A DNA stretch of 64,000 nt from Bacteroidota bacterium (GTDB lineage Bacteria > Bacteroidota > Bacteroidia > Chitinophagales > Saprospiraceae): NCBI GenBank assembly GCA_039804245.1, contig JBDLWO010000065.1, positions 764-64,763 of the forward strand, given 5' to 3'. The position numbers were made by a program, and so were the translations under genes. Positions 28,719 to 37,322 of this stretch are shown here, piece by piece (position 1 is the stretch's first letter; each line of letters opens with the position of its first letter). Under the pieces are notes generated by a model. It saw only the letters and a list, made by a program, of their open reading frames with translations, made no database searches and was not told where the DNA came from.

Positions 28719-28750
28719 CAAAATTAGTGCCTAAAAAGGCAAATCACAAA
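28719..28750 (-). promoter_or_regulatory. Candidate Bacteroidota sigma-A promoter for the PorP/SprF - OmpA-like - adhesin operon
   Basis: On the minus strand there is a TTTG at 28750-28747, a 20-nt spacer, then TAATTTTG at 28726-28719. The latter is a perfect match to the Bacteroidetes -7 consensus TAnnTTTG. It lies 44 nt upstream of the ATG at 28675. Confidence 0.45.
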
Positions 28751-28851
28751 TAACCGGCGGAAAAAACAGGATTAAAAGGGATTACAGGACTTTCTCTGCA
28801 AGAAAAAGTCCGAAAGAGGAGCAGTCCTGACTAATGGCCGGACTAAAAGAG

Positions 28852-29006
28852 CCTGTTCAGAATTCTCTCGCCGAGTCAAAAATGGCTTATTTTTCGCCAT
28901 TTTTCACCTTTTTTCAGTTACGCAGCTCCCGCCATGCACCATTAAAAAGGCAAAAACTGACAAAAAACACGCTTGTTTTTGCTAGCGGCAGAAAATCCTG
29001 AACAAG
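28852..29006 (-). repeat. Full-length copy (inverted orientation) of the palindromic MITE/REP-like intergenic element
   Basis: Its reverse complement aligns end to end with 49802-49945. Shared identical runs: tgttcaggattttctgcc, cagtttttgccttttt, ggagctgcgtaactgaaaaaaggt and gccatttttgactcggc. This copy carries an extra ~11 nt (gcgaaaaataa). It lies between the mutS2 stop and the PorP/SprF promoter. Confidence 0.8.
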
Positions 29007-29047
29007 ATATAAACGGCGTGAAGATACGTAAAATTTATGATTTCGCG

Positions 29048-31447
29048 CTAAATCAGTTCAATTATGGTTACGCCATCCCCCCCCTGATCCTGTTCGGGGT
29101 GAAAAACGTTAGAGATATTGGTTCCGTACTCCTTGATTTTCTGGCGAACGATTCTGCGGAGAATTCCGTCGCCTTTGCCGTGGAGAACACGCAGACTGGC
29201 TGCATTACTGAGGAGAGCGTTATCAATAAATCGTTCGAGAACCTGCATGGCCTCGTCTTTGCTCATACCTCTCAGATCAATTTTGCCATCGAAATCGGCT
29301 GCCCGCTGCACTTCGGAAGAAGAAGTGCCTCCCGGGAACGACTGTTTAATCGGTTCGTTGGCTGGCAGCAAGTCGCGGAGGGGAGCAGTTACCGTGAGCC
29401 CTCCCATAGATACATCGGCTTTTTCACCCCGGATACGTTCGATCCTGCCTGTGGAGCCACCGGCTCTGAGTCTGACGAAATCACCTGCTGCGAGTGGCCT
29501 GACTACATGAGCAGCTACAGATTTCTCCTCCAGTTTTACCATTTCCTCATTCACCTCATTCACCTTGATGGCTTGCTCTGTTCTTTCCTGACGCAATCGC
29601 GCTGCTACCTCCTGGGCTTTTTCGAGATTTTTTTCATCACGCAACTGGCGCACCAGTTTGTCTACTTCCCTGTTTGCCTGAGCAGTCTGGCGCAGATCGA
29701 ATTCGCGCTGGTCGAGTTTCAGTCGCTTTCGTTTTACCTCGAGTTCATTGTGCAGGGCGTCGTACGTTTTGATCAGTCGTTCGAGCGATTGCTCCCTTTC
29801 AGTTACAACTCTGAGTTTCTCCTCCAGTTCCTGTTTTTCGCGCTGCAGTTCGATAAGAATATCATCCACGGCTGTTTCGGAGCCGGTTTTATGGCGGGCA
29901 TAACCGATCAGGTCTTTGGGCAGGCCGCTTTTTTCTGCTATTTCGAATGCGTAGCTGCTTCCCGGTTTACCCACCCTCAGTTCGTAGGTAGGTGCCAGCG
30001 AGTCCTTGTCGAAATACATATTTCCGTTCAGGATACCCGAATTGCGGAAAGCAAACACTTTCAGATTGGAGTAGTGCGTGGTGATAACGGCGTAAACCCC
30101 TTTTCTGTGCAGTTGTCTCAGAATAGCTTCTGCAATAGCTCCTCCGGGCTTGGGGTCGGTACCACTACCCATCTCATCAATGAGTACGAGTGTCTGCGGG
30201 CTGGCTTTTTCGAGGAAAAGCCTGGCGTTGCGCAGACGGGAGGAGTAAGTACTGAGGTCATCGTCGAGGCTTTGCTGATCGCCGATATCGGTAAAAATCT
30301 GATTGAATATACCGATCTCGCTGAGTTCGTGCACAGGGACAAGCAGTCCGCTCTGTACCATCATAATGAGCAGCCCGACCGACTTCATGGCCACAGACTT
30401 TCCACCGGCGTTGGGGCCAGACAGCACGAGAATATGGTTTTCGGCATCAAGTTTCAGGTCGAAAGGAACCGTTTTTCTGGAGAGCGCCTTGTTTTTGATA
30501 TAAAGCAGCGGGTGATATCCCTTTTTGATGGAGATAACAGGCTTCTCCTTCAGAACAGGCATTCCCGCACGCATGGCGAGCGCGAGGCGGGCTCGCGCCT
30601 GAATAAAATCGAAGCGAACCAGAACGGTGAGGTACTGGCCGATGAGATGTCCGTAGGGTCTGATGGTATCGCTCAGGGTTTTGAGGATACGGAAAATCTC
30701 CCTTCTTTCCTCCTGTTCGAGGTCAAAAATATCGTTGTTAACCTCAATAATGGCTTCCGGTTCGATGAACGCCGTTTTACCGGTATCAGATTCATCATGG
30801 ATGATACCGCGTATTTTGCGTTTGTGTTCGGCGGGTACAGAGAGAACCCTCCGGCCGCTTCTGAAACTTTCGGGAGAGTCGGAGAGCCACCCCTTTGAGC
30901 GGTACTCCTGTACCAACTGGCGGAATTTGCCATCGAGTTCCCGTGCCTTGTGCTGCATTTCCCGGCGGATGCGCATCAGATCGGGAGAGGCGTCAGGCCT
31001 GACTTCTCCCTTGTCATCGAATACCTGCTGAATAGCCTTGATCAGCGCCTCATCAAAGGAAAGAGGCCTGATCAGATCAAAAAGCTTCGGGTAAATATCC
31101 TTTTTGGGGCCCGATGCAAAGTATCTGAAAATATCGCGCATGTTAAACAGGATACGGAGAATACCCTGAAACGACTCCATCTGAAGCGTATATCCATCAA
31201 TTTCGAGCATTTTCAACTCAGGTTTCACATCGGGAAATGCCTGAAGAGGGAAGCGATCGTTCTTTTCGAGAGCCAGTTTGAAGTCGCGGGTTTCACGGAG
31301 CGACACATCTATGGCATTGAAATCAGCAGAGGGCATCAGATTCCGGGCCATTTCCGCAGCCATGTCGGTCAGCGTCTCCTTTTCCAGCAGGTCAACCACC
31401 TTGTCGTATTCCAGTTTTACGACAACATCCTTGGGTTCAAATCTCAT
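29048..31447 (-). CDS. mutS2: Endonuclease MutS2 (MutS domain V ATPase + C-terminal Smr domain)
   Basis: 799 aa. Walker A LSGPNAGGKSVAMKSVGL, Walker B LVLIDEMGSGTDP, a coiled-coil linker, and a C-terminal Smr domain IDLRGMSKDEAMQVLERFIDNALLSNAASLRVLHGKGDGILR. Confidence 0.95.
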   Translation of the reverse strand: MRFEPKDVVVKLEYDKVVDLLEKETLTDMAAEMARNLMPSADFNAIDVSLRETRDFKLALEKNDRFPLQAFPDVKPELKMLEIDGYTLQMESFQGILRILFNMRDIFRYFASGPKKDIYPKLFDLIRPLSFDEALIKAIQQVFDDKGEVRPDASPDLMRIRREMQHKARELDGKFRQLVQEYRSKGWLSDSPESFRSGRRVLSVPAEHKRKIRGIIHDESDTGKTAFIEPEAIIEVNNDIFDLEQEERREIFRILKTLSDTIRPYGHLIGQYLTVLVRFDFIQARARLALAMRAGMPVLKEKPVISIKKGYHPLLYIKNKALSRKTVPFDLKLDAENHILVLSGPNAGGKSVAMKSVGLLIMMVQSGLLVPVHELSEIGIFNQIFTDIGDQQSLDDDLSTYSSRLRNARLFLEKASPQTLVLIDEMGSGTDPKPGGAIAEAILRQLHRKGVYAVITTHYSNLKVFAFRNSGILNGNMYFDKDSLAPTYELRVGKPGSSYAFEIAEKSGLPKDLIGYARHKTGSETAVDDILIELQREKQELEEKLRVVTEREQSLERLIKTYDALHNELEVKRKRLKLDQREFDLRQTAQANREVDKLVRQLRDEKNLEKAQEVAARLRQERTEQAIKVNEVNEEMVKLEEKSVAAHVVRPLAAGDFVRLRAGGSTGRIERIRGEKADVSMGGLTVTAPLRDLLPANEPIKQSFPGGTSSSEVQRAADFDGKIDLRGMSKDEAMQVLERFIDNALLSNAASLRVLHGKGDGILRRIVRQKIKEYGTNISNVFHPEQDQGGDGVTIIELI

Positions 31448-31603
31448 TGTTCTTTTTGTAAGGGTGCAAAACTACCGACACAGAAACAAATTCCGGCAAA
31501 TTTAGTTCCCTGACAAGAAAGAAGATACATCCGGCCTGGCCGGTCTGAATGAAAATTTGCGACAATTTTTTCATAATAAACATTTTGTAAACGGGAGTTT
31601 AGG

Positions 31604-31611
31604 TACATTTG
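31604..31611 (+). promoter_or_regulatory. Candidate -7 promoter box upstream of the T9SS cargo gene at 31648
   Basis: TACATTTG matches TAnnTTTG exactly and lies 37 nt upstream of the ATG. The nearest upstream TTTG (31584-31587) is only 16 nt away, shorter than the usual spacing, so this call is tentative. Confidence 0.3.
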
Positions 31612-31647
31612 CCATTGTTTGTTTACCAACTATTAAACTGCTTTTTG

Positions 31648-33534
31648 ATGATGAAAAAATTACAACTTGCCCTGCTCGTGATGCTGGCAGTTATAACCAC
31701 CGCTTCAGCCCAGTATCAGCGTCGTGTGCTGATAGAGGAGTTTACCAATGCATCGTGCCCTCCCTGCGCTGCTCAGAATCCGGGTTTCAATGCTGTTGTC
31801 CTCGGCGAGGATGCTGTTGTTACCCCCGTTAAGTATCAGACCAACTGGCCTGGTATTGACCCATTCAATGCCCAAAACCCGACTGATGTTGCTACCCGTG
31901 TATCTTACTATGGTGTAACCGGCGTTCCGAACGGTTTCGTTGACGGTACCGGTATTGCCAATGACTGCGGTTATTATGCCAATGCTCCTGCCTGTCTCAC
32001 TGGAGACGAAATTCAGTCTCGTGCTGCTGTCACTTCTCCGGTAGAGCTGGTGCTGACACACAGCGTGACTGCTGATTACGACTCCATACTCATCAATCTT
32101 TCTGTTACATCTGCCATTGATCTGAGCGGCCAGCTCCGTCTGCACGTGGCAGTAATCGAGGAGGAAATTATCTTCGGGAGTCAGCCGGGCACTAACGGAG
32201 AGCTTGATTTTTATCAGATCATGCGCAAAATGCTCCCGAACGGCAACGGAACCACCATCACAGCCTTCGCTGCCGGTGAAACCAAAACCTACACATTTGC
32301 ATGGCCAATCGGTTATGCTTATGATGTGAACAAACTGGGCGTGTCAGCATGGCTGCAGAACAACACCAGCAAAGAAGTTTATAACTCTGCCCGTTCACTG
32401 CCTGTCGGAGGAATCCCGTCTGCAGGTGGCACTGTAATTAACTCCATGAGCCCGATCGTTTGCACTTCCGGCGCCAATCCGACATTCACACTGGCCAACA
32501 CAGGCACAGCTGATATCACTACAGCCAATTTCCAGTACCGCGTAGGTACAGGCGCATGGCAGAACTACACCTGGACAGGCACACTCGCTCCGGGTGCTTC
32601 AACCGTGATCACACTGACTGACGTGGCTATCACCACTGCCGGTAACACCAAAATTGATATTCGCCTTTCCAGCACCAACAATGGTGGCCAGACCAACCTG
32701 GTTGATGTGCTCACGCTGAATATCAAAGGTCTTTTCAGTGCAGCCTCCCCGGTTCCGTTTATTAACGCTTTCCAGAGCTCCACCTTCCCGCCTGCAGGCT
32801 GGAATATCTCCAACTCAGGTACCAATGGCTGGAAACTCGTAACCAATGCCGGCTCTCAGGGCAGCACGCGCTCGGCCAAGAACAATATGTTCGACTACGA
32901 CGCTGCAAACACTGAGCTGATTACACCAAAAATCACGCTTCCTGCATCCAGCGCTCCGTCAACACTCGTGTTCGACCACGCTTATGCCTACTACAACGAT
33001 GCTTACTTCGACAGCCTCCGTGTTGACATCACTGCTGACTGCGGCGCAACCTGGACAACCATCTTCCACGATGGTTACGAAGGACTGGCAACTGCTCCTG
33101 TAGCTACTGCTGCCTTCACGCCAACTGCTGACCAGTGGAGATCAAATACCATTGACCTCACTGCGTACAATGGCTCTGAAGTTATCATCCGTTTTGTTGC
33201 AGAAAGCGGTTACGGTAACAATGCCTACCTCGACAATGTGAACGTAACTACAGTAAGTGGTGTTAAAAACCTCGACCTGGCCAGTTTCACACTGAATCCG
33301 AACCCGACCCGCGACGTGGCTGAAGTACGCTTCGGTCTCGAAAACACGCAGGAAATCCAACTCCTCGTTTTCGATGCTATCGGTTCACTCGTTCAGTCGC
33401 GCGAACTCGGCAAACTGAACGCCGGCGATCACCGCGTATCGCTCGACGCTGCTCTCCTCACATCCGGCACATACCGCGTGGTACTGCAGGGCGCTGAGGG
33501 CGTAGCCCAGACGCAGTGGATTGTTGTCAAGTAA
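31648..33534 (+). CDS. T9SS type A cargo: Omp28-related/thioredoxin-like N-terminal domain (CPPC motif) + Ig-like region + choice-of-anchor-J-like domain + Por secretion tail
   Basis: - Preferred start is MMKKLQLALLVMLAVITTASAQ (ATG at 31648 or 31651).
- RVLIEEFTNASCPPCAAQNP matches the Omp28-related family signature.
- FINAFQSSTFPPAGWNISN...ELITPKITLP...VIIRFVAESGYGNNAYLDNVNV resembles choice-of-anchor J.
- The final ~75 aa (LNPNPTRDVAEVRF...GTYRVVLQGAEGVAQTQWIVVK) form a type A CTD. Confidence 0.8.
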   Translation: MMKKLQLALLVMLAVITTASAQYQRRVLIEEFTNASCPPCAAQNPGFNAVVLGEDAVVTPVKYQTNWPGIDPFNAQNPTDVATRVSYYGVTGVPNGFVDGTGIANDCGYYANAPACLTGDEIQSRAAVTSPVELVLTHSVTADYDSILINLSVTSAIDLSGQLRLHVAVIEEEIIFGSQPGTNGELDFYQIMRKMLPNGNGTTITAFAAGETKTYTFAWPIGYAYDVNKLGVSAWLQNNTSKEVYNSARSLPVGGIPSAGGTVINSMSPIVCTSGANPTFTLANTGTADITTANFQYRVGTGAWQNYTWTGTLAPGASTVITLTDVAITTAGNTKIDIRLSSTNNGGQTNLVDVLTLNIKGLFSAASPVPFINAFQSSTFPPAGWNISNSGTNGWKLVTNAGSQGSTRSAKNNMFDYDAANTELITPKITLPASSAPSTLVFDHAYAYYNDAYFDSLRVDITADCGATWTTIFHDGYEGLATAPVATAAFTPTADQWRSNTIDLTAYNGSEVIIRFVAESGYGNNAYLDNVNVTTVSGVKNLDLASFTLNPNPTRDVAEVRFGLENTQEIQLLVFDAIGSLVQSRELGKLNAGDHRVSLDAALLTSGTYRVVLQGAEGVAQTQWIVVK

Positions 33535-33558
33535 TTTCAGCATCCCAACACTTCTGAC

Positions 33559-33597
33559 GCCGGATACAGGGTTATGCCTTGTATCCGGCTTCTTATT
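33559..33597 (+). terminator. Rho-independent terminator after the cargo gene 31648-33534
   Basis: Stem gccggataca / tgtatccggc (10 bp, extendable with one bulge), followed by ttcttattg. It starts 25 nt after the stop codon. Confidence 0.65.
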
Positions 33598-33622
33598 GTA
33601 AATCACATCAAAATCAGTAGCC

Positions 33623-34717
33623 TTGAAAATATATCTGATAGCCGGAGAAGCCTCCGGTGATTTGCACGCCGGCAATATGCTGAAGGCGCTGAAACAGATC
33701 AGACCCGACACAGAATGTCGCGCCTGGGGAGGCGATAAACTGGAGGAGGCCGGAGCAACGGTAGTAAAACACTATCGCGACCTGGCATTTATGGGATTTA
33801 TCGAGGTAATAAAACACCTGGGTACCATTCTCCACAATCTGTCATGGTGCAAACAGGACATCCTGGAATACAATCCCGATGCACTGGTACTCGTTGATTA
33901 TCCCGGATTCAATATGCGCATTGCACAGTGGGCCAAAGAAAGAGGTATCAGGGTAATATATTATATTTCACCGCAAATATGGGCATGGCGACAATCGAGG
34001 GTACACCAGATCAAACGCGATGTGGATAAAATGCTCGTCATTCTGCCGTTTGAACAGGAGTTCTACCAGCGTTTTGGCATGGATACAACCTATGTGGGGC
34101 ATCCGCTGCTTGATGCGCTGATGGCTGAACAATCAAACCATGAAAAAGTACCATTCCCCGAAAAAACCATTGCGCTTCTCCCGGGCAGCAGGAAACAGGA
34201 AATTTTACGGATTTTACCCCGAATGTTATCTGTAACCCCCTTTTTCCCGGACTACAACTTCATCATTGCCGCTGCAAGGGAACAGCCCGACGAGATATAT
34301 GCACCCTTCCTGCACGCATACCCGAATGTGCGGGTAGTTCGTGATCAAACTTACCCGCTATTGCGACACTCGGAAGCTGCGCTGGTAAAATCGGGCACTT
34401 CTACCCTTGAAACAGCTTTGCTGGACGTACCTCAGGTTGTTTGCTACGCGGCCAACAGTATTTCGTATCACATTGCCCGGTTACTCATCAGGGTAAAGTA
34501 TATTTCATTAGTTAATCTGATAGCCGATGCCCCCCTTGTCAGGGAACTTATTCAGGATGAATTGAATACCGATAACCTGCAAAAAGCACTCCGGGATATA
34601 CTGGATCGCGGAAACGCGGCTGCCATGCGTCAAAATTACTCGGCTCTGCGGGAAAAGCTGGGATCCGGCGGTGCATCTGCCAGGGCAGCACAGGCTATTT
34701 CAGAGAGCCTGGAGTAG
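33623..34717 (+). CDS. lpxB: Lipid-A-disaccharide synthase
   Basis: 364 aa. The N-terminus MKIYLIAGEASGDLHAGNMLKAL is the canonical LpxB start. DYPGFNMRIA and LLPGSRKQEI are also present. The start codon is TTG at 33623. Confidence 0.9.
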   Translation: MKIYLIAGEASGDLHAGNMLKALKQIRPDTECRAWGGDKLEEAGATVVKHYRDLAFMGFIEVIKHLGTILHNLSWCKQDILEYNPDALVLVDYPGFNMRIAQWAKERGIRVIYYISPQIWAWRQSRVHQIKRDVDKMLVILPFEQEFYQRFGMDTTYVGHPLLDALMAEQSNHEKVPFPEKTIALLPGSRKQEILRILPRMLSVTPFFPDYNFIIAAAREQPDEIYAPFLHAYPNVRVVRDQTYPLLRHSEAALVKSGTSTLETALLDVPQVVCYAANSISYHIARLLIRVKYISLVNLIADAPLVRELIQDELNTDNLQKALRDILDRGNAAAMRQNYSALREKLGSGGASARAAQAISESLE

Positions 34718-35374
34718 TTCTTTCAATACGTTATTCAGGGAATCTATGGCCAGCGGGATATTCCAGCCCGACCGGTTACGCGGTTCCACGTAGTTGGAAA
34801 CAGCGCGGATTTCAAGAAATCTGATACCTGCCAGCAGGCAACAATAAAACACGGCCCCTCCCTCCATACTCTCGATACAGGCTTCAGGATACTTGTTGCG
34901 TATTGCCGCTATCGAAGCCTCCGTACCAGTTGCACGACTGACAGTAAGTCCGCTGACCTGTCGGAGAAATCCGGCAGTTTCCATATCAGGATTGATCAAA
35001 CGACCTCGCTGAAAAGGGAATCCATCCGGGTCAAGCAAATTCATATCGAACAGATCAATCAGCCGGCCATCTGCTTCTTCTGCTCCCGGATCAGCCAGTT
35101 GCTCCTCCCCTACCAATACCACTTCTCCGTATTCGAGTGAGCGATCGTATGCACCTGCAATACCCGCGTTGATGACCAGATCGGGTTTGTTTACGGAAAA
35201 ATAACCCGAAAGTCTCCAGGTGGCAGCTATTGGTCCCACTCCTGTGACCAGCAGGGAGATACGGTGATTGCCCAGGACAAATTCATTATTGCTGCCAGAT
35301 GATGAAGAGGATTCCAGCCACTGAATCGTGGGGGCCACTTCAAAGGGCGTGGCAGAAACAAGTGCAATGTTCAA
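34700..35374 (-). CDS. mqnB: Futalosine hydrolase (PNP/UDP phosphorylase-fold nucleosidase of the futalosine menaquinone pathway)
   Basis: 224 aa. Motifs: MNIALVSATPFE, LVTGVGPIAA, VINAGIAGAY and ESMEGGAVFYCCLLAGIRFLEIRAVSNYVEPRNRSGW. Apparent TTG start at 35374. Its 3' end overlaps the lpxB 3' end by 18 nt (convergent genes). Confidence 0.75.
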   Translation of the reverse strand: MNIALVSATPFEVAPTIQWLESSSSSGSNNEFVLGNHRISLLVTGVGPIAATWRLSGYFSVNKPDLVINAGIAGAYDRSLEYGEVVLVGEEQLADPGAEEADGRLIDLFDMNLLDPDGFPFQRGRLINPDMETAGFLRQVSGLTVSRATGTEASIAAIRNKYPEACIESMEGGAVFYCCLLAGIRFLEIRAVSNYVEPRNRSGWNIPLAIDSLNNVLKELLQAL

Positions 35375-35414
35375 AATTTTGGTCTATTTTTGCTGTAAAC
35401 AATGGACAAAGGTA

Positions 35415-35987
35415 ATGCTTGATCTGATCATTGACTTCGACAAATCACTGTTCCGGATTATCAACACCGGTATGAGTAATGATTTTTTTGACACCATACT
35501 CCCCTGGCTCCGGGAAGGAAAACTGTGGGCTCCGCTATATCTGTTTCTGATATCCTTACTGTGGATCAACTTCAGGCGCCGCGGCCTGATTGTTGGACTG
35601 GGCCTGGTACTGAGTGTTGGACTTGCTGATTTCACCTCCGGCACGATCATCAAGAAGAACGTGCAGCGAATCAGGCCATGCAGCGACCCTTCTATGGAAA
35701 TGATGATTACCGAACGTGTTATCTGCGGCAGCGGATACAGTTTCACTTCCAATCATTCTGCCAACCATTTTGCCATTGCAACATTTCTGATTGCCGTACT
35801 CGGGTTTATTTCGCCGGCGGTCCGGTATTTATCCGTGTTGTGGGCAGGCTCAATAGCCTTTTCCCAGGTATATGTTGGTGTGCATTACCCGCTGGATGTG
35901 ATCTGCGGCGCGCTTTTGGGCGGTGTTATTGGCTATACGCTCGGAACGTGGCTTAATCGTCATTATCCTTTACAGGCGGCCTCCTGA
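35415..35987 (+). CDS. PAP2-family membrane phosphatase (undecaprenyl-diphosphatase / lipid phosphatase-like)
   Basis: The preferred ATG is at 35415 (MLDLIIDFDKSLFRIIN). PAP2 motifs: KKNVQRIRP (KX6RP), SFTSNHS (PSGH-like) and GVHYPLDVICGALLG (SRX5HX3D-like). Confidence 0.8.
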   Translation: MLDLIIDFDKSLFRIINTGMSNDFFDTILPWLREGKLWAPLYLFLISLLWINFRRRGLIVGLGLVLSVGLADFTSGTIIKKNVQRIRPCSDPSMEMMITERVICGSGYSFTSNHSANHFAIATFLIAVLGFISPAVRYLSVLWAGSIAFSQVYVGVHYPLDVICGALLGGVIGYTLGTWLNRHYPLQAAS

Positions 35988-37314
35988 AGTCCATGATCGC
36001 CGTCCAGACGGAAAGCCTTTTATCATCCAGACGAGTCCAGATGGGTCTGACCATGCCCCGATGAGCCGATATATTGTTGTAATCGCCAAAAAACACCCGG
36101 GTTTCGTTACAGTTCGGAGCGAATGACGAATTGCTGACCAGCATATTTTTGAATGATTTGCCGCCGTTCTGGCTTGCGGCAACGAATACTTCGGTGGAAA
36201 GCAGATCAGTGGCATTCCTTCTGTCGTAATAGACAATGTACAGGTGGCCATCGGTCTGATCAATAGCCATCCACGACATGAACTGTTGTTTTCCGGGCGG
36301 ATCATCATTCACGCGCTGAGCCCCGGTCCAGGTCTTTCCCCCATCAGTGCTTTTGCAGAAAAAGATATCCGTATCGAGATTTCCGTTTCGCTGATCAGAC
36401 CAGTTTATGTACAGCGTTCCGCGGTTTGGACCATCTGACAGGTCACATACGAGGATTGGCATACCGTTACAGCGACCTATACCGGCTACATCGAACGACC
36501 AGCCACCGGGTTGATCAGCCACTTCAATATCCTGTTCGAGCCAGGTTTTTCCTCCATCAGAAGACACATCGAACCAGATTTTGTTGTTCCAGCTCCAGGC
36601 CACATATATTTCTCCCCGGGGTCCGAATGCGGGCACAGCGCCTTCGGGAGTGTTATCACCATCGAGGCAATCACCCTCAAACTGATTGACCGTAACGGGA
36701 GCAGACCAGGAGATACCGCCATCGTCGCTGCGGCTGAAAAGAATACGCGAGTAGTCGGTTTCGACACGTTCAGAGTTATAAGAATCGAACTCCGTCCAGG
36801 TACAAACGAGCGCATTCGTCCGCGGATCGGCGCAAAGCCAGTGTTTGTCCTGATCTTTGGGGTGGCTCATTCCGGTGTAGCTGCCGGAGGAATAAGTTTT
36901 GCCGCCGTCGGTGCTTTTCTGGATGACAATTCTGTCGAGCAGGTGTTCGCTTGCCCAGCCATCGCGGTCGGGGTCGCTCAGGTGAGCGTAGTAAAAATTA
37001 CCTTTCCAGTCTGCTATGACAACGGGATCTCCGAATACGCCATAGTCGGATTCGAGGGTACCGGCATCCCAGGTGAGGCCGCCATCCTGACTCCAGTAAT
37101 AACGGTCAATTACTGCCCCTGCGGCAATTTGCAGCGGATTGGCCGGGTTAACAGAGATAGAAGGCTCACAGGGGCCATAAAGATCGCCTTCCATTGAACC
37201 AGCAATCAGCACATTTTTGAAAGCCGAACGATTACCGACAGATTTTTTTGTCTGGGAACAGGCTGTGAAAACAAAGAGCAGGGTAAAAACAGCGATGAAA
37301 TTCAGTTTATACAT
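35953..37314 (-). CDS. Lipoprotein with BNR/Asp-box repeats (sialidase-like beta-propeller)
   Basis: 453 aa. Lipoprotein signal MYKLNFIAVFTLLFVFTAC. Five Asp-box motifs: SQDGGLTW, STDGGKTY, SDDGGISW, SSDGGKTW and STDGGKTW, plus SQNGGKSF. Its 3' end overlaps the PAP2 gene 3' end by 35 nt. Confidence 0.8.
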   Translation of the reverse strand: MYKLNFIAVFTLLFVFTACSQTKKSVGNRSAFKNVLIAGSMEGDLYGPCEPSISVNPANPLQIAAGAVIDRYYWSQDGGLTWDAGTLESDYGVFGDPVVIADWKGNFYYAHLSDPDRDGWASEHLLDRIVIQKSTDGGKTYSSGSYTGMSHPKDQDKHWLCADPRTNALVCTWTEFDSYNSERVETDYSRILFSRSDDGGISWSAPVTVNQFEGDCLDGDNTPEGAVPAFGPRGEIYVAWSWNNKIWFDVSSDGGKTWLEQDIEVADQPGGWSFDVAGIGRCNGMPILVCDLSDGPNRGTLYINWSDQRNGNLDTDIFFCKSTDGGKTWTGAQRVNDDPPGKQQFMSWMAIDQTDGHLYIVYYDRRNATDLLSTEVFVAASQNGGKSFKNMLVSNSSFAPNCNETRVFFGDYNNISAHRGMVRPIWTRLDDKRLSVWTAIMDFRRPPVKDNDD

Positions 37315-37322
37315 GGTTGTAT

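Noticed and set aside
28973-30898. 641-aa ORF on the plus strand, the longest unexplained ORF in the track.
   Set aside because: It is entirely antisense to mutS2, whose translation carries unmistakable Walker A/B and Smr motifs. The plus-strand product is low-complexity (rich in F, L, Q and H) with no recognisable motif, and its 5' end is simply the terminal repeat of the palindromic element (AENPEQ). It is a shadow ORF.
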